A stretch of 64,000 nt of DNA. Origin: Leucoraja erinacea. Its lineage: Eukaryota. The stretch is taken from positions 1,736,001 through 1,800,000 of the forward strand of contig NC_073412.1 of assembly GCF_028641065.1 (NCBI RefSeq), given 5' to 3'. Positions 13,668 through 26,447 of this stretch are shown here, piece by piece. How positions within the stretch are numbered: the first letter of the stretch is position 1; each line of letters opens with the position of its first letter. The notes below the pieces were generated by a model. It had not been told where the DNA came from, did not search any database, and saw only the letters and a list, made by a program, of their open reading frames with translations. A program made the translations under genes and the position numbers.

Positions 13668-14112
13668 AGAGTTACTCCAGCACTCTGTGACACGTCACTT
13701 ATCCATGTTCGCCACATATGCTGCCTGACCCGCTACGTTACTCCAGCACTCTGTGAAACGTCACCTATCCATTTTTCTCCACAGATGCTGCCTGACCCGC
13801 TGAGTTATGGTGCAGCAGCATCTATGGAGCGAAGGAAATAGGCAACGTTTCGGGCCAAAACCCTTCTGGAAATAGGCAACGTTTCGGTCCGAAACCCGGA
13901 AGGGTTTCGGCCCGAAACGTTGCCTATTTCCTTAGCTCCATAGATGCTGCTGCACCCGCTGAGTTACTCCAGCACTCTGTGAAACGTCACCTATCCATGT
14001 TCTCCACAGATGCTGCCTGACCAGCTGGGTTACTCCAGCACTCTGTGAAACGGCACCTATCCATGTTCTCCACAGATGCTGCCTGACCCGCTGAGTTACT
14101 CCAGCACTCTGT
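13668..14112. repeat. Tandem array of a ~66-bp Penelope-end unit with an inverted insert
   Basis: About five copies of ctgtgaaacgtcacctatccatgttctccacagatgctgcctgacccgctgagttactccagcact. Confidence 0.8.
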
Positions 14113-14957
14113 GTGTCCTTTTACAAAATAAACTAAACGCTGACCAAAACTAAAATGTCCAGCGACGTTGGTGCTGTTGTCAAACATGGCTTTTGACTCA
14201 TTCGCAAAGAATTACACGCAGCTAGACTTAATTTCCGCACCTTTTGCCAAACGCTTCAGAAACTAAAATCCTTGGCAAATGTTCCGTCCTCAGAAGCTGC
14301 CCGAACTCATGAATCTTTAATGTTAATCCCCAGTTTTTATTTCAAATCCCATGCGCTTTGCAGTTAAGCAGGAACTTGGAGCCCAGAGGGGAAGCTATCT
14401 AATGATTGCACGATACTGTATGGAGTAATCCCACACAAACTGGGACTCTAACTTAACTTAACCATGGAGTGTGAGCCTGTTTTATTCATCGTATTAATTA
14501 TACAGTGAAGCCTTATGGAACCATCATCATCAATGAGGAATATTAGAATAACTCGAAAGTCTTGCAGATATCTGGAATAAACCAGCAGCATCATTGCATT
14601 TTACCGGGCTGCATCACAGCATGGTTTGGGATGTGGGAGGAATCTGGAGCTCCTGAAAGAAACGGGGATAACATGCAAACTCCGTACAGACAGTATAGAA
14701 TCTGTATAGAGTTTGTGTGTTCTCCCTGTCTCCACGTGTAAAAGTTTCATGTATTCAAGAGAGATAGCTAACGGAATCGAGGGATATGGGGAGAAAGCAG
14801 GAACGGGGTACTGATTGTGGATGATCAGCCATGATCATATTGAATGGGGGTTCTGGCTCGAAGGGCCGAATGGCCTCTACTCCTGCACCTATTTTCTATG
14901 TTTCTGTTTTGTGCTGCTGGCTTCCTTCACTGATGAATTCTCTTTCAATGCTTGCAG

Positions 14958-15308
14958 GAGCTCTGGACATCCAGGTTCCAATGGACCCAGTGATTGCCCG
15001 CTACGGGGAAGACGTGACACTGAACTGCACGTTCACCAGCGAGGGCAACTTCTCCCTGGGGGATGTGAGTGTGATCTGGCAGCTGACAGAGACCAAGACC
15101 ATGGTGCACAGCTACTCGCAGCAGTGGGAAGTGCAGAGCGACCAGGCGGACAGCTTTGTCAACCGGACCGCACTGTTCATGGACCAGCTGGGCAAGGGCA
15201 ACGCCTCGCTGCTGTTGAGGAATGTGAAGATTGAAGATGAAGGCAGCTTCACCTGCTTTGTCCGTGTCCTAGACTACAACAGTGCCCCCATCATGCTCCA
15301 ACTCGCAG
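14958..15308 (+). CDS. CD276: CD276/B7-H3 IgV exon (351 nt, phase 1-1)
   Basis: ttgcAG acceptor and G|GTACAA donor. Encodes GALDIQVPMDPVIARYGEDVTLNC...IWQLTETKTMVHSY...NRTALF...GNASLLL...DEGSFTCFV, matching B7-H3 (ALEVQVPEDPV, IWQLTDTKQLVHSF, NRTALF, GNASLRL, DEGSFTCFV). The ORF-track Met at 14831 lies in a LINE tail and is spurious. Confidence 0.96.
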
Positions 15309-15419
15309 GTACAACACTATCCTAAACATACTTCCAAATGTGACGTGGAACATAGAATGTTACAGCACAAAGATACAGGAAAGATATTGTCAATCTTCAA
15401 AGGGTTCAGTAAAGATTTA

Positions 15420-15752
15420 AAGCCCTGTCCCAGGGTACGAGTTCATTCCAAGAGCTCTACCTCCCGAGTTTGCCCTGATTCGAACGCGGAGATTTACGGT
15501 AATGTCCACTCGTCGGTACTCGGGGCTCTCGTGGACATTTTGCAACGTTGAAAAATCTTCACGAGTCTTCCCGTGATTACCTGCCGTCAGCGAGTCTTCC
15601 CGAGTACCTGCCGTTAGCGTTACGAGCCGCTAAGAGACGTCCCCGAGCTCCGACGTACCCGCTACGTTCATTCTCCGCGCTTACCACGAGTTTGATTTTT
15701 TTTTAAACTCGGGAGATCTCTTGGAATGAACTCGTACCGTGAGACAGGGCTT
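15420..15752. mobile_element. PIF/Harbinger-type MITE (333 bp)
   Basis: TIR AAGCCCTGTC..GGTACGAGTTCATTCCAAGAG and TSD TTA (15417-15419, 15753-15755); splits a CR1 ORF2 fragment (RVQ*RF|TRMLPG). Confidence 0.85.
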
Positions 15753-16205
15753 TTACGAGGATGTTGCCAGGACTAGAGGGTGTGAGCTGCTATAGGGAGA
15801 GGTTGAGTAGGCTTGGGTCTCTATTCCATGGAGGATGAGGGGGATCTTATAGAGGTGTATAAAATCATGAGAGGAATAGATCGGGTAGATGCACAGAGTC
15901 TCTTGCCCAGAGTAGGGGAATCGAGGACCAGAGGACACAGGTTCAAGGTGATTGGGAAAAGATTTAATAGGAATCTAAAGGGTAACTTTTTCACACAAAG
16001 GGTGGTGGGTGTATGGAACGAGCTGCCAGAGGAGATAGTTGAGGCTGGGACTATCCCAATGTTTAAGAAGCAGTTGGATAGGTACATGGATAGGACGGGT
16101 TTGGAGGGATATGGACCAAGAGGAGGCAAATGTGTAGCTGGGACATGTTGGTCGGTGTGGGCGAGTTGGGCCAAAGGGACTGTTTCCATACTGTATCACT
16201 CTATG
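15753..16205 (+). mobile_element. CR1 LINE 3' fragment (second subfamily)
   Basis: GDLIEVYKIMRGIDRVD...RVVGVWNELP. Confidence 0.88.
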
Positions 16206-16799
16206 ACACAAGAAGTTACCCTTCGGCCCACAATGTCTGTGCTGAACATGATGTCAAGACCATCTTTTATCTGCCTGTCTGAGATCCATTTCCCTTCATT
16301 CCCTGCAAGTGTGTCAATCTAAATGCCGCCAAAATATCTGCCTTCACCACCACCCCTGGCAGCGTGCTCCTGGGATTCATCACTCTCTGTGTAAAAAATG
16401 TGTAATCACTCTCTTCCTATTTGATTGTTCCATCCTAGGGGAAAAGGCTCAGGCTGTCTACCTTATCTACGCATCTTATTATTTTATATACTATTATCAA
16501 GTCTCCCTTCAATCTTCAACATTTTATGTTTGTTTGTGATAGGAGCAGAATTTGGCCATTCGGCCCATCAAGTCTGCTCCGCCATTCAATCATGGCTGAT
16601 CTATCATAAAAACATAGAAACATAGAAATTAGGTGCAAGAGTAGGCCATTCGGCCCTTCGAGCCTGCACCGCCATTCAATATGATCATGGCTGATCATCC
16701 AACTCAGTATCCCGTACCTACCTCCCCCAACATCGGGAACAATCTTCCTGCATCTAGCCTGTCCAACCCCTTAAGAATTTCTCCCTCCTATCTCTCCCT

Positions 16800-17175
16800 C
16801 CTAACCCCATTCTCCATAACCCCTGACACCCGTACTTATCAAGAATCTATCTATCCTTGCCTTAGAAATATCCATTGACTTGGCCTCCACAGCCGTCTGT
16901 GGCAAAGAATTCCACAGATTCACCACCCTCTGATTGAAGAAATTCCTCCTCATCTTCCTAAAGGAACATCCTTTAATTCTGAGGCTGTGACCTCTAGTCC
17001 TAGACTCTCTCACTAGTGGAAACATCCTCCCCACATCCACTCTATCCAGGCCTTTCACTATTCGGTACGTTTCAATGAGGTCCCCCCTCATCCTTCTAAA
17101 CTCCAGCGAGTGCAGGCCCAGTGCCGACAAACACTCATCATATGTTAACCCACTCATTCCTGGGATCATTCTCGT
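16800..17175 (-). mobile_element. CR1 LINE 3' fragment
   Basis: MIPGMSGLTYDE...VVNLWNSLPQ. Confidence 0.85.
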
Positions 17176-17468
17176 AAACCTTCTCTTTCTTATTTATTAA
17201 TTCATCCTAGATTAACCCAAAGCTGCAGCTTCTTATTAGACAAAGAAACATAGACAATAGGAGCAGGAGTAGGCCATTCGGCCCTTCGAGCCAGCACCGC
17301 CATTCAATAAGATCATGGCTGATCATCCAGAATCAGTACCCTGTTCCTGCTTTCTTCCCATATCCATTGGTTCCATTAGCCCCAGGAGCTAAGTCTAACT
17401 CTCTGTTGATGGGGCACGAGCCCTCAGATGTGGGTCCACCATGCTGATGCTCCTACCTCTTCTTTCAG

Positions 17469-17765
17469 CCTCTTACTCCAAGCCCAACCTGCACCTGGAG
17501 CCCAGCAAGAACCTGAAGCCTGGAGATGAGGTGAGCATTGCGTGCCATTCCTCAGGGGGCTACCCGCAGGCAACGGTGCTGTGGTTTGACGGGAAGGGGG
17601 GCAACGTGACGGAGAATGTCAGCACCTCGCAGGTGGCCAACGAGCGGGGCCTGTTTGAGGTGAGCAGCGTGATGAGAGTCACCCTGGAGCCCAACAGCTC
17701 GTACAGCTGCACGGTGAGGAACAAGCTACTGGGAGAGGAGACCCATGCTGCAGCGACAATCACAG
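17469..17765 (+). CDS. CD276: CD276/B7-H3 IgC exon (297 nt, phase 1-1)
   Basis: cttctttcAG acceptor and G|GTCAGT donor. Encodes ASYSKPNLHLEPSKNLKPGDEVSIAC...GGYPQATVLW...NVSTSQVANERGLFEV...YSCTVRN...TITG, matching the B7-H3 IgC (YSKPSMTLEPNKDLRPGD, SQMANEQGLFDV). Confidence 0.96.
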
Positions 17766-19769
17766 GTCAGTCCCACCTCACCACCACGCCCAACACCCTC
17801 CTCTCCTCTCCTCTACCCACCAATGCTAACATGCACATCCCACACGGTATGGAACAAGCTGCCAGAGCAGGTAGTTGAGGCTGGGACTATCCCAACGTTT
17901 AAGAATGGTCCCTGTGGCTAAAGGGATCAGGGGGTATGGAGAGAAGGCAGGGTTGGGATACTGAGTTGGATGATCAGCCATGATCATGTTGAATGATATT
18001 GTACTCGCTAGAATTTAGAAGATTGAGGGGGGATCTTATAGAAACTTACAAAATTCTTAAGGGGTTGGACAGGCTAGATGCAGGAAGATTGTTCCTGATG
18101 TTGGGGAAGTCCAGAACAAGGGGTCACACAGTTTAAGGATAAGAGGGAAATCTTTTAGGACTGAGATGAGAAAAACATTTTTCACACAGAGAGTGGTGAA
18201 TCTGTGGAATTCTCTGCCACAGAAGGTAGTTGAGGCCACACAGTTCATTGGCTATATTTAAGAGGGAGTTAGATGTGGCCCTTGTGGCTAAAGGGATCAG
18301 GGGGTATGGAGAGAAGGCAGGGTTGGGATACTGAGTTGGATGATCAGCCATGATCATATCGAATGGCGGTGCAGGCTCGAAGGGCCGAATGGCCTCTACT
18401 CCTGCACCTATTTTCTATGTTTCTATGTAAGAAACAGTTAGACAGGTACATGGATAGGACAGGTTCGGAGGGATATGGACCAAACGCAGGCAGGTGGGAC
18501 TAGTGTAGCTGGGACATGTTGGCCGGTGTGGGCAAGATGGGCCAAAGGGCCTGTTTCCACACTGTATCACTCTAAGACACTATCTGCCGCCTGAGATCAG
18601 ATGCCATTACTGAAACCCGAAATGAGACGAGAGTAATATCTGGTGAAAATTGTGATTTTCGTAAGCTTATTGGATTTGAAAAGCTCCACTTAATGCCGTG
18701 TAAGTTCGAGGAGGGCTGTTTGAATCTGTATTTACAAGCACACATGCAAAATGGTCTTAAAAGACATGATTGTTACTGTGTGATTGATGTGGAATCCACT
18801 GGGTCCTGGGCCCTGTCACATTGACATTAGATCAAAGGTTTGATTGATGGAACCTTCTGGTTCATTCCGCAATCATCTATCTTGCCCGTTAATGGCTGAG
18901 TGTGTAATCCCGCTGATATTAAATGCCGTTGACTAGCCAAATATTAAGGGAGCTAAACTGACAGGGAAACTTTAGACGAAGGAACCTGGCCTCTAACAAG
19001 GTGGAAATATCCACCTGAGACCCATCCCTGAAGTCAGCCTTTAGTTCTGTTAACATACAGAGGGAATTATTAACTAAATGCTACATGTATAAAGCAAGTT
19101 GGAAGAGCAACGTGTTTGAGGAATATAGAATTCTACAGCGGAAATGTTCCATCTGGAATCCCTCTGGTTTTAACACTAATGGAATGAAAGGATATATTTA
19201 AGGCAGAGATGGATAGATTTTTGATTAGTGCGGGTGTCAGGGGTTATGGGGAGAAGGCAGGAGAATGGGGTTAGGAGGGAGAGATAGATCAACCATGATT
19301 TGAATGGCGGAGTAGACTCGATGGGCCGAATGGCCTAATACTGCTCCTATCACTTAAGACCGGATAGAGTGGATGTGGAGAGGATGTGTCCACCAGTGGG
19401 AAGTCTAGACCATAGGTCGTAGAAACATAGAAAATAGGTGCAGGAGTAGAGGCCATTCGGCCCTTCGAGCCTGCACCATTCGCCATTCAATATGATCATG
19501 GCTGATCATCCAACTCAGTATCCTGTACCTGCCTTCTCTCCATACCCCCTGATCCCTTTAGCCGCAAGGGCCACATCTAACTCCCTCTTAAATATGTCAT
19601 AGCCTCAGAATTAAAGGGCGTTCCTTCAGGAAGATGAGGAGGGATTTCTTTCGTCAGAGGGTGGTGAATCTGTGGAATTCATTGCCACGGAAGGCTGTGG
19701 AGGCCAAGTCAGTGGATTTTTTTTTTAAATGCTGGAGTAACTCAGCGGGTGAGGCAGCATCTCTGGAGA

Positions 19770-20225
19770 GAAGGAATGGGCGATGTTTCGGGTCGAGACC
19801 TTCTTCAGATTGGTGTCGGGGAGAGGGTGGGACAAGGAAAATACTGTAAGTACAGACAGTAAGACTAGTGGGAGAACTGGGAATGGGGAGGGGATGGAGA
19901 GAGAGGGAAAGCAAGGGCTATTTGAAGTTAGAGAAGTCAATATTCATACCGCTGGGGTGTAAGCTACCCAAGTGATATATGAGGTGCTGTTCCTCCAATT
20001 TGCGCTGGGCCTCGCTCTTGACAGTGGAGGAGGCCCAGGACAGAAAGGTCAGTGTGGGAATGGGAGGGGGAGTTGAAGCGCTGAGCTCAAGTAGGATATC
20101 AGGATAGGTTGAGGCGGACTGAGCGGAGGTGTTCAGTGAAACGATCGCCCAGCCTGCGCTTGGTCTCGCCGATGTAGAGAAGTTGACACCAGGAACAGCG
20201 GATACAGTAGATGAGGTTGGAGGAT
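19770..20225 (-). mobile_element. Penelope-like element, GIY-YIG endonuclease 3' fragment
   Basis: Frameshifted ORFs NLIYCIRCSWCQLLYIGETKRRLGDRFTEH and EEQHLIYHLGSLHPSGMNIDFSNFK, followed by the 3' pseudo-LTR motif. Confidence 0.85.
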
Positions 20226-21359
20226 GCTGGTTTAAACTGAAGGTCGACACACAGTGCTGGAGTAACTTGGCGGGACAGAAGGAATGGGTGACGTTTCGGG
20301 TCTGAAGAAGGGTCTCGACCCAAAACGTCACCCATTCCTTCTCTCCAGAGATGCTGCCTGCCCCGCTGAGTTACTCCAGTATTTTGTGTCTGTGGAGGTG
20401 TATGGATTTTGTACAGACAGAAAGGAGTTGGCATGGCCTTCGTGTTCGACACAGACAATGTGGGCTGAAGTTGGTCATGTGGGGGGTTTTGTCAAAGAGC
20501 AGTCACTGTCTTCCTGAGGAAACATGAAGGCAGCTGCAGTGTTGATCATTGACAGTAGGTGTCAGTGCCACATCATACCTTGGGCCATGAATCCCTTCCA
20601 ATCCAGTCTTGGGGATGAGCCTATTAATTGGATCATAAGATCAAAAGTGATGGGAGTAGAATTAAGCCATTCGGCCCATCGAGTCCACTCCGCCATTCCA
20701 TCATCTCTGCCTCCTAACCCCATTTTCCTGCCTTCTCCCCATAACCCTTGACACCCGTTCTAATCAAGAATTTCTCTTTCTCTGCCTTAAAAACATCCAC
20801 TGACTTGTGGCCTCCACAGCCGTCTGTGGCAAAGAGTTCCACAGATTCACCACCCTCTGACTAAATCAATTCCTCCTCGTCTAAGTAAACTTCACACTCC
20901 TCCACGCTCCCGTCTCACGCTACCACACGCACCCATGAGTTGCAACGCGTCAATCTATTTTACATGTGTTGCGTAAATGAGGCGTAAATTACAGCCATGT
21001 GGGACAGGCCCTTCAAGTCTGTAGGTTAATTATTCTTAGTTTGTTTTGTAGGTTAATTGGCCACTGGGTATTGCCCTTAGTGTGTAGGGAGTGAATGTGA
21101 AAGTTTAGTTTATTGTCACGTGTACTGAGGTACAGTGAAAAGCTTTTGCTGCGTGCTAACCAGTCAGCAGAAAGACAATACATGATTACAATCGAGCCGT
21201 CTACAGTGATTGGGGAATAGCGTTTAGTGCAAGGTAAAGCCAGCAAAGTCCGATCAGGGATAGTCCGAGAGACACCACTGAGGGCCACCAGCTACCAAGA
21301 CAGATGTGTACAGCAATTCGTTCTACCCCCGCACACACAATTAAAGCATGGAATAATCT

Positions 21360-21860
21360 CCCTCTGTGGCAGAGAATTCCAGAGATTCACCACTCTCTGT
21401 GTGAAAAAAGTTCTTCTCATTTCGGTTTTAAAGGATTTCCCCCTTATCCTTAAGCTGTGACCCCTTGTCCTGGACTTCCCCAACATCGGGAACAATCTTC
21501 CTGCATCTAGCCTGTCCAACCGCTTAAGAATTTTGTAAGTTTCTATAAGATCCCCTCTCAATCTCCTAAATTCTAGAGAGTATAAACCAAGTCTATCCAG
21601 TCTTTCTTCATAAGACAGTCCTGACATCCCAGGAATCAGTCTGGCGAACCTTCTCTGCACTCCCTCTATGGCAATAATGTCCTTCCTCAGATTTGGAGAC
21701 TAAAACTGTACGCAATACTCCAGGTGTGGTCTCACCAAGACCCTGTACAACTGCAGTAGAACCTCCCTGCTCCTAGACTCAAATCCTTTCGCAATGAAAG
21801 CTAACATACCATTCGCTTTCTTCACTGCCTGCTGCACCTGCATGCCTACCTTCAATGACA
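21360..21860 (-). mobile_element. HER1/CR1 LINE fragment
   Basis: ORFs containing RVLVRPHLEYCVQF and RLIPGMSGLSYEERL...VVNLWNSLP. Confidence 0.9.
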
Positions 21861-22547
21861 TGGTTGGCTGTGTGTACCTCTGCTCCACATTCACAGGCTG
21901 GGCTCTGGCAGACTGACTGAGGGGAGCTAATGGATATTTATCGCCGAGAGTCGGTGCAGCTTTTGTGCATTCACTTTTCAAGCTGTCAATGATTTTTTTG
22001 TTTGCCTTGAGATGTGGCATTGTTCCTTGTGATCAGCGGGGATTTGTGATCATATTGTGGGTAAAACTACTGGGCAACCTGTCACATTGGAAGGAAGGCT
22101 TTGCCCTGCCACTGTGTGTTTTTTGACGTTCATGTTCGTATCATCGAGAGGGTCAGTTTATTGGCGTTTCTTAACCCACCCTCTCTAGAGAAGAATGGTG
22201 TTAGGAAGGAACTGCAGATGCTGGTTTACACCGAAGATAGGCGCACAAAAATGCTGGAGTAACTCAGCGGGACAGGCAGCATCCCTGGAGAGAAGGGTCT
22301 CGACCCGAAACGTCACCCATTCCTACTCCGCAGAGATGCTGCCTGTCCCGCTGAGTTACTCCAGCTTTTTGTGTCTGCCTTCCTTTCAGGGAAGGGTTGT
22401 TTGAGTACAATAGACAATAGAAAATAGGTGCAGGAGTAGGCCATTCAGCCCTTCGAGACAGCACTGCCATCCACTGTGATCACGGCTGATCATCCACAAT
22501 CAGTACCCCGTTCTTGCCTTCTCCCCATATCCCCTGACTCCGCTATC

Positions 22548-23044
22548 TTTAGAAACATAGAAAATAGGTGCAGGAGGAGGCCATTCGGCCCTTTGAGCCA
22601 GCACCGCCATTCATTGTGATCATGGCTGATCGTCCCCAATCAATAACCCGTGCCTGCCTTCTCCCCATATCCCTTGACTCCACTAGCCCCTAGAGCTCTA
22701 TCTAACCCTCTTAAACCCATCCAGTGATTTGGCCTCCACTGCCCTCTGTGGCAGGGAATTCCACAAATTCACAACTCTCTGGGTGAAAACGTTTTTTCTC
22801 ACCTCAGGCTTAAATGGCCTCCCCTTTATTCTAAGACTGTGTGGCCCCTGGTTCTGGACTCGCCCAACATTGGGAACATTTTTCCTGCATCTAGCTTGTC
22901 CAGTCCTTTAATAAATTTATATGTTTCTATAAGATTCTCCCCTCATCCTTCTAAACTCCAGTGAATACAAGCCTAGTCTTTTCAATCTTTCTTCATATGA
23001 CAGTCCCGCCATCCCAGGGGCCAATCTGGTGAACCTACGCTGCA
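22548..23044 (-). mobile_element. CR1 LINE fragment split by the P-like element (continues at 26850-26915)
   Basis: ...GAACCTACGCTGCA | ACGCTGCACTGCCTCAATCACAAGGATGTCC reconstitutes the continuous LINE sequence seen at 34681-34730. Confidence 0.85.
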
Positions 23045-23144
23045 CAAAGATCGTAGAGGGACAAGATAGACCACTCCTCGAAAAACGCGTAGTATGACGT
23101 GTGTGACCGTCGACGCCATATTGTTAAGCATTTATTGGGCTGTA

Positions 23145-23254
23145 ATGGCGTCCTCAGCTAAATCTTCATCTCACTGCTCCGCTATCAAGTATTCTAATCG
23201 TAAATCTAAACGACCCAACCTGTCATTCTTTAGGTTCCCCAATAAAAAAGAAAG
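23145..23254 (+). pseudogene. THAP-domain exon 1 of the transposase (MASSAKSSSHCSAIKYSNRKSKRPNLSFFRFPNKKER)
   Basis: THAP N-terminal pattern C-x4-C...SFFRFP...ER, with the second Cys read as Tyr (TAT). Ends at a phase-2 donor AG|GTGAGA. No downstream THAP or catalytic exon was found. Confidence 0.75.
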
Positions 23255-23624
23255 GTGAGAAAATATTTTTATTATTTTCAGTCGATATTCTGTCGTGAAA
23301 ATGGTATTTTCTGTTCTCCCATCAACGGCCATTGGGAAACATTAGTCGGTACATTAGAAAGTTCTTAGACTTATTTTTAATAGTTCTTTACTCACCACAA
23401 TAATAAAGACAATTTTAACACTTCTGTACGTTTTTGGTTTTGTTTTGTAAGGGATTAGTCTGCACAATATGGCCCGCGGACACATTAGGTCCAGTGACCA
23501 GGAGATTTTTCGAGTCCGAGAATGGGCGGCTGTTACCCATTATATTCCTCGAACATAGGGACATAGCAAACAACACTCACATACATACAAGACATCACAA
23601 GCCCGCCGTGAAGAAGGGTGCAAT

Positions 23625-23657
23625 CAAATATTATATAACTCTGCTCTATCATCTTTG
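23625..23657. mobile_element. 33-bp P-like fused-termini remnant (footprint)
   Basis: CAAATATTATATAACTCTGCTCTATCATCTTTG flanked by a perfect 8-bp direct repeat GGTGCAAT (23617-23624, 23658-23665). Confidence 0.7.
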
Positions 23658-23709
23658 GGTGCAATGGTGGGTCGGGGAGGTCGGCAGCAGTGGCGGCGAT
23701 GGTCGCAAT

Positions 23710-23745
23710 CAAATATACTAGTGGAGCTCTGCTCTATAATCTTTG
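23710..23745. mobile_element. 36-bp P-like fused-termini remnant (footprint)
   Basis: CAAATATACTAGTGGAG+CTCTGCTCTATAATCTTTG flanked by GTCGCAAT / GTCGTAAT (7 of 8 match). Confidence 0.7.
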
Positions 23746-23930
23746 GTCGTAATGGGACGGCTGCGCGTTATAATGTGCTNNNNNNNNNNNNNNNNNNNNN
23801 NNNNNNNNNNNNNNNNNNNNNNNNNNNNNNNNNNNNNNNNNNNNNNNNNNNNNNNNNNNNNNNNNNNNNNNNNNNNNNNNNNNNNNNNNNNNNNNNNNNN
23901 NNNNNNNNNNNNNNNNNNNNNNNNNNNNNN

Positions 23931-24245
23931 CCTGTCCCCTTCTCCCTCCCCCCTTCTCCCTGTCCCCCCCTTTTCCCTTCTCCCTCCCCCTTCTCCCTCT
24001 CCCCCTTGTCCCTGTCCCCCTTCTCCCTGTGTCCCCCCCCCCCTCCCCCCCCCCCTTCTCCCTCTCCCCCTTCTCCCTCTCCCCCCTCCCTCTTTCGATC
24101 TCTCTCTCTCTCCTCCCCTCCTCTCCTCTCTCGCTCTCCCTCTCTTCTCTCTCTCTTCTCTCTCTCTCTCTCTCTCTCCCTCCCCTCTTCGCGATCTCCT
24201 TCCCTTCCCTCTCTCCCACCCTTCCATCTCTCCCTCCCTTACCTC
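23931..24245. repeat. Polypyrimidine (CT-rich) tract
   Basis: Direct inspection. Confidence 0.9.
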
Positions 24246-24763
24246 TCCGTGAGAGTTGGCAGCTCTGCTATGCCTTGGGTCCAAAAGAGGATAGATAGAA
24301 AATACTTAATTGTCTTTGTAAGAAGATTTTAATAAGCTCTTCTACATTTAAGGTAAATTGACATATTAGAGGCAAAACACATTTTCAATATACAGGTCTC
24401 TCCACACAACTGAAAACAATTGCATTTAAGTGATATATCATCCATTGTTCAGGCAAGTAGCACTAGGTTACAATAAACTTCCTGCATATTCCAGGAATTC
24501 ATCTCATAAAAATGGGAGAGGCTTAAATGCATTGTAAAATCATAAATCCATGTTGACTTGGACTAATCCTTTTACTGCTATCCAAATGCCCCATTATTAC
24601 ATCTTTAATAATTGACTCCAGCATCTTTCACACCACCAAAGTCAGGCTAACTGGTCTGTAATTCCCCATTTTCTCTCTCGCTCCTTTCTTGAAAAGTGGG
24701 ATAGCATTAGCTATCCTCCAATCCACAGGAACTGATCGTAAATCTATTGATCGTTGGAAAATA

Positions 24764-25935
24764 ATAGAAACATAGAAATAGAAATTAGGTGCAGGAGTAG
24801 GCCATTCGTCCCTTCGAGCCTGCACCGCCATTCAATATGATCATGGCTGACCATCCAACTCAGTATCCCGTACCTGCCTTCTCTCCATACCCTCTGATCC
24901 CCTTAGCCACAAGGGCCACATCTAACTCCCTCTTAAATATAGCCAATGAACTGGCATCGACTACCCTCTGCGGCAGAGAGTTCCAGAGATTCACCACTCT
25001 CTGTGTGAAAAAGGTTCTTCTCATCTCGGTTTTAAAGGATTTCCCCCTTATCCTTAAGCTGTGACCCCTTGTCCTGGACTTCCCCAACATCGGGAGCAAT
25101 CTTCCTGCATCTAGTCTGTCCAACCCCTTAAGAATTTTGTAAGTTTCTATAAGATCCCCTCTCAATCTCCTAAATTCTAGAGAGTATAAACCAAGTGTAT
25201 CCAGTCTTTCTTCATAAGACAGTCCTGACATCCCAGGAATCAGTCTGGTGAACCTTCTCTGCACTCCCTCTATGGCAATAATGTCCTTCCTCAGATTTGG
25301 AGACCAAAACTGTACGCAATACTCCAGGTGTGGTCTCACCAAGACCCTGTACAACTGCAGTAGAAACTCCCTGCTCCTATACTCAAATCCTTTCGCTATG
25401 AAAGCTAACATACCATTCGCTTTCTTCACTGCCTGCTGCACCTGCATGCCTACTTTCAATGACTGGTGTACCATGACACCCAGGTCTCGCTGCATCTCCC
25501 CTTTTCCTAGTCGGCCGCCATTTAGATAATAGTCTGCTTTCCTGTTTTTGCCACCAAAATGGATAACCTCACATTTATCCACATTATACTGCATCTGCCA
25601 AACATTTGCCCACTCACCCAGCCTATCCAAGTCACCTTGCAGTCTCCTAGCATCCTCCTCACAGCTAACACTGTCCCCCAGCTTAGTGTCATCCGCAAAC
25701 TTGGAGATATTGCCTTCAATTCCCTCATCCAGATCATTAATATATATTGTAAATAGGTGGGGTCCCAGCACTGAGCCTTGCGGTACCCCACTAGTCACTG
25801 CCTGCCTAATGAAGAACTCAACCATATTATGGTCACTCTTGCCCAAGGGGGCAGTACAACAAGATTGCTAACTAACCCTTCCTCATTACTCAATACCCAG
25901 TCTAAAATAGCCTGCTCTCTCGTTGGTTCCTCTAC
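24764..25935 (-). mobile_element. HER1/CR1-clade LINE, internally deleted, nested in the P-like element
   Basis: 328-aa ORF 24860-25846 with SGVPQGSVLGP, FADDTK and LVRPHLEYCVQFWSP. An endonuclease-region piece (GKSDHNMVEF) is fused to the RT region; (CTATGTTT)-type tail. A further RT fragment lies at ~24590-24763. Confidence 0.92.
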
Positions 25936-25944
25936 ATGTTAATC

Positions 25945-26070
25945 ATATGTATAAATATATATGTATGTGTATATATATGCATGTATATGTATATGTGTGT
26001 ATATATGTATGTATATATATGTTTATATGTGTGTATGTATGCATATAAATGTATCCATATGTATGTGTGT
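25945..26070. repeat. (TA/TG)n microsatellite
   Basis: Direct inspection. Confidence 0.9.
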
Positions 26071-26447
26071 NNNNNNNNNNNNNNNNNNNNNNNNNNNNNN
26101 NNNNNNNNNNNNNNNNNNNNNNNNNNNNNNNNNNNNNNNNNNNNNNNNNNNNNNNNNNNNNNNNNNNNNNNNNNNNNNNNNNNNNNNNNNNNNNNNNNNN
26201 NNNNNNNNNNNNCCTTTATGGTTTATGTATATCATCTTACAAGACAAATAAATTAATAGTGATGATTTAAATCAAAGTAGCTTCTGATACATGAGAATAA
26301 ACTATTATCTCTAACTTGCCTCTCACACACAGACACACATTCATATAAATATATAAATATATATACGTTAAATTTAATTTTTTGCAGTTTTTGCAATACA
26401 ATGTGGGTGAGGGTCTGTTTACAAGCTTGAGGATCTTTGCTTTGGAT

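Noticed and set aside
14831-14957. ORF-track N-terminus of the IgV ORF as a signal peptide
   Set aside because: It derives from a CR1 3' UTR and intron; a good acceptor at 14957 and a proper signal exon at 7579 exist.
26431-26439. Extra ATCTTTG end beside the third footprint as a tandem P insertion
   Set aside because: Only about 8 nt match and no corresponding left end with the same TSD is visible (it could be masked).
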